From IMG/VR virus record IMGVR_UViG_2571042263_000006: a DNA stretch of 8,571 nt; one strand, 5' to 3'. Positions 6,323 through 8,571 of the stretch are shown one piece after another. Within the stretch, counting starts at the first letter, position 1, and every line of letters begins with the position of its first letter. The position numbers and the translations under genes are program-made. This DNA is from a virus (taxonomy: Duplodnaviria > Heunggongvirae > Uroviricota > Caudoviricetes). The notes under the pieces are model-generated. The model saw nothing but the letters and a program-made list of their open reading frames with translations. It was not told where the DNA came from and did no database searches.

Positions 6323-6379
6323 TAACTATCAGCGCCGTGGCGTGAGGAACTCCGGCGCATTGCTTTACAGGTCGGCACT

Positions 6380-6589
6380 ATGAGCAAAAAATACCTATCC
6401 ACTGAAGAGATTTTCGCAGAACAACGAAGATTGCTTTTACAGAGCATTGTTGCACGCCAGAAAGAAAAGGCACACGCTAAACAAATGCCACCAAATACAG
6501 AACCAGCGCCTACAAAATTTGCGCTTGATGAGTTTCTCAATAAACAGCCCCGGGTAATGAAAGCTAACAGGAACCGCCCACCAGGCTGA
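6380..6589 (+). CDS. Hypothetical protein, 69 aa, downstream of the Arc-like gene
   Basis: ATG 57 nt after the Arc-like stop with only a weak AGGT RBS. Non-repetitive composition; no recognisable motif. Confidence 0.4.
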   Translation: MSKKYLSTEEIFAEQRRLLLQSIVARQKEKAHAKQMPPNTEPAPTKFALDEFLNKQPRVMKANRNRPPG

Positions 6590-6653
6590 TCACATTGCCC
6601 ACCAGCCAGCAAATCGCTATGATGGCTGGGCTTATGTTTAGTGTATTCCCACT

Positions 6654-6684
6654 GGCGGCCTCTGATCCGGGTCGCCTTTGTTTT
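6654..6684 (+). terminator. Candidate rho-independent terminator for the plus-strand regulator operon
   Basis: GGCGGCC (6654-6660), 9-nt loop, GGTCGCC (6670-6676, one G-U pair), then TTTGTTTT. It sits between the convergent plus-strand operon and alpA. Confidence 0.4.
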
Positions 6685-6703
6685 ATGTGTCATATGCCCC
6701 CCT

Positions 6704-6913
6704 TTACGCTGCCTTGCCTGAATTAATGCGATCCCGGCTTTTAACCCATTCCATAACCTCGGACAGCAGCCAACCTACAGAACGACCGCCCAGATTACGG
6801 CGTGACGGGAAATTCCCTTTTTTCTCCAGTTCATAGCGTGTAGTGCGACACACTCCAGTTAACTTACGACATTCATCCTCACGGATTACGCGATCTTCAT
6901 TTATTTCACGCAT
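6704..6913 (-). CDS. alpA: AlpA-family phage transcriptional regulator / excisionase-like DNA-binding protein, 69 aa
   Basis: Translation contains the AlpA-family core LTGVCRTTRYELEKKGNFPSRRNLGGRSVGWLLSEVMEWV. Positioned downstream of int on the same strand, as in CP4-57 and P4-like islands. Confidence 0.85.
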   Translation of the reverse strand: MREINEDRVIREDECRKLTGVCRTTRYELEKKGNFPSRRNLGGRSVGWLLSEVMEWVKSRDRINSGKAA

Positions 6914-7332
6914 ACAAAAACCTACATAAAAAATTACGTATATAAACTTTTCTCTTAGCTGTAGATATATGAGATCGGATATTACTTAGATTCTTTTTTC
7001 ACCTCTTAAATTAAAAACACAACCTTGCTAAAGGCTTTGTTCGCTAAGGTTCGTAGAAGCTCGTTAGTGTTTAAAATCGTGTCACGAGTTTTTAAGCGAT
7101 GCAACAAAAAATGTCGTTATTTGGCATTACGCTTGAATTATCTCATTAAAAACAAATAGATAAACCATCAAGTGTTGGAACAATCAAGAAACAGAGAATA
7201 AAAGTTCAGAAGAAGACATTCCAATTTTTTGATGGTTGACATATATAAAGCGAAGATATTTGCAGATATTTTCCGATATTCTACGATTTATTCACGGCTG
7301 TAATCTCTTAAAGAAAAAACAGCCGTAATTTG
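6914..7332. promoter_or_regulatory. AT-rich int-alpA intergenic region, probable alpA promoter/regulatory region
   Basis: About 420 bp, markedly AT-rich with no ORF of 60 aa or more. Direct repeats GCTAAAGG (7027-7034) and GCTAAGG (7043-7049), then TTCGTAGAAG and CTCGTTAG. Promoter elements not confidently assignable. Confidence 0.4.
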
Positions 7333-8571
7333 TCAAGGATTTTGGGTGTAAATTCGCGGGGTCATAACAACGATTTTTTCATCATTGTTCTGGAGAAGCT
7401 CGAGACGGTCTACCCATAGATTAAGAGCATCACGTTTTGCATCAAGATAACGGGAGTGGTTATAGACTCGTTGCATCCCCGGCATCTGGTGGGCGGTAAG
7501 CTGCTCGACAATATGCGGATCCACGCCTAAATCGTTCAGCATGGTTGTAAATGTGTGCCGGATGTCATGCAACGACCAGGGGGCTTGATTAATGCGTCTG
7601 TGTGCCGTTCTTCCGTACTCTGCTACGGATGATTGCCCTTTCAGTTCTCCAAGCAATAAGCCCGTGTGCCTGTTCTTCTCCACCAGCTTCATGACAAACG
7701 GCAAGATCGCTTCCGGTATTGGCCTGAATATTGCTACCTTCGTTTTGCTGTGTTCTTTCGGCACAGTCCAGAGCATTTCTTTAAAATCCCATTCCTGAAC
7801 CTCGGAGCGTCTTAGCTCAGTGGTACGGCATCCAAAGACAATCAGAAGGCGAATTAAGGCGCTGTAGTACGGCGGGAAAATTTTTTCATCCAGTGCGCGG
7901 AGTAGCTCGCCAAGCTCCTTGTTTGTTAGCACTCGCTCGCTTATTTCTGCTTTTTTTCCCACATCACCTACGACCATATCATCAAGAACGTTACTGACGG
8001 CGTAGCGACGTTTACGGCAGTACTTAAGCGCCTGCTTGCATACCTGCAACAAAAAGCCGGCTGATACCGGATTACGCTTAGCAAGCTGGTCAAAACAGGC
8101 CAGCCAGTGGCGTAGCTCGCATTTATCCAGCGGCATAGCACCAATCTGGCTGATTATGTGCTTATTGATCCGGCTTTTCAGTGATTCGTGGTCAGTGCGC
8201 TTTTCCTTCGCGTATGACTCAAGCCAGTAAGTGATCGCGTCCTTAACCGTTACAGGTGCTAACGCTTCCTGCACTGTGTGATTAAGCTCATGGCGTGGAT
8301 TTTTCCCCTCTGCCAGCCAGGCGCGACACTGTGCCGCTTTTTCTCTGGCTGCTTTCAGGCTCAGATCGGGATAGTTGCCCAGTCTCAGGCGTTCCGGTGA
8401 TACCTGCCTGCCAGTTCCGGCCCTGTAAGTGAAATACCAGGTTAACAGGCCATTGGTTGAATGCCTTACGCTAAGGTTGCCACCATCATTAAAAAAGGTG
8501 TTTTTTGTGGTTGGTGATCCGCTTAATTTTCGTAAAAGAGTGTCGCTAAGTCTATGAATTGCCCTGCTCAT
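7333..8571 (-). CDS. int: P4-type tyrosine integrase (site-specific recombinase), 412 aa
   Basis: N-terminal arm-binding-type region (LSDTLLRKL...FNDGGNLSVRHSTNGLLTWYFTYR) and C-terminal catalytic motifs HDIRHTF (H-x-x-R) and VYNHSRY (Tyr nucleophile region). The first ATG is the last three bases of the window, so the true start could lie just outside. Confidence 0.9.
   Translation of the reverse strand: MSRAIHRLSDTLLRKLSGSPTTKNTFFNDGGNLSVRHSTNGLLTWYFTYRAGTGRQVSPERLRLGNYPDLSLKAAREKAAQCRAWLAEGKNPRHELNHTVQEALAPVTVKDAITYWLESYAKEKRTDHESLKSRINKHIISQIGAMPLDKCELRHWLACFDQLAKRNPVSAGFLLQVCKQALKYCRKRRYAVSNVLDDMVVGDVGKKAEISERVLTNKELGELLRALDEKIFPPYYSALIRLLIVFGCRTTELRRSEVQEWDFKEMLWTVPKEHSKTKVAIFRPIPEAILPFVMKLVEKNRHTGLLLGELKGQSSVAEYGRTAHRRINQAPWSLHDIRHTFTTMLNDLGVDPHIVEQLTAHQMPGMQRVYNHSRYLDAKRDALNLWVDRLELLQNNDEKIVVMTPRIYTQNP

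Larger units (their letters stand above)
1..8571 (-). mobile_element. Integrated phage satellite / phage-inducible chromosomal island, partial; int end at 8571, capsid module continues past position 1
   Basis: Co-linear minus-strand modules: P4-type integrase, AlpA regulator, small-ORF operon, replication ATPase followed by iteron ori, then prohead protease/major capsid fusion. No tail, lysis or terminase genes in the window. Architecture matches what is established for Gram-negative PICIs and capsid-forming satellites; boundaries are not visible in this window. Confidence 0.7.

Noticed and set aside
5806-6693. 295-aa minus-strand ORF spanning the Arc-like gene and the 69-aa ORF
   Set aside because: Cys/Ser/Arg-rich composition typical of an antisense frame; it overlaps a well-supported plus-strand gene with a strong RBS and a recognisable RHH motif.
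7592-8230. Plus-strand ORFs 7592-7798 and 8036-8230 inside the integrase gene
   Set aside because: Antisense to an ORF with clear tyrosine-recombinase motifs.
1-8571. CRISPR arrays, tRNA or rRNA genes, insertion sequences
   Set aside because: No regularly spaced identical repeats with unique spacers, no cloverleaf-compatible tRNA-like segments and no transposase-like ORFs or terminal inverted repeats were seen.

Overview
Read from sequence alone (no database searches were possible), this window looks like most of an integrated Enterobacteriaceae-type phage satellite (PICI- or P4/CP4-57-like island) that encodes its own capsid protein. Almost everything is transcribed on the minus strand, so the gene order runs from high to low coordinates: P4-type tyrosine integrase (7333-8571), AlpA-family regulator (6704-6913), a plus-strand Arc-like ribbon-helix-helix regulator with a trailing small ORF (6017-6589) diverging from a tightly packed early operon of five small ORFs (4652-5818), a RecA-fold replication ATPase/helicase (3246-4655), an iteron array that is the candidate origin (3046-3247), a small basic ORF, a terminator, then a two-gene capsid module whose large gene fuses a ClpP-like prohead protease to a major capsid protein (259-2148), and a second terminator. 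The most unusual features are (1) two diverged copies of a ~220-bp non-coding element, each ending in a terminator hairpin, bracketing the capsid module; (2) a nine-base G homopolymer exactly at the junction of two out-of-frame small ORFs; and (3) the uncharacterised small-ORF operon between the regulatory switch and the replication gene, which is the best candidate locus for an undescribed satellite accessory function. All domain calls rest on motifs I recognise in the translations; none has been verified by search.
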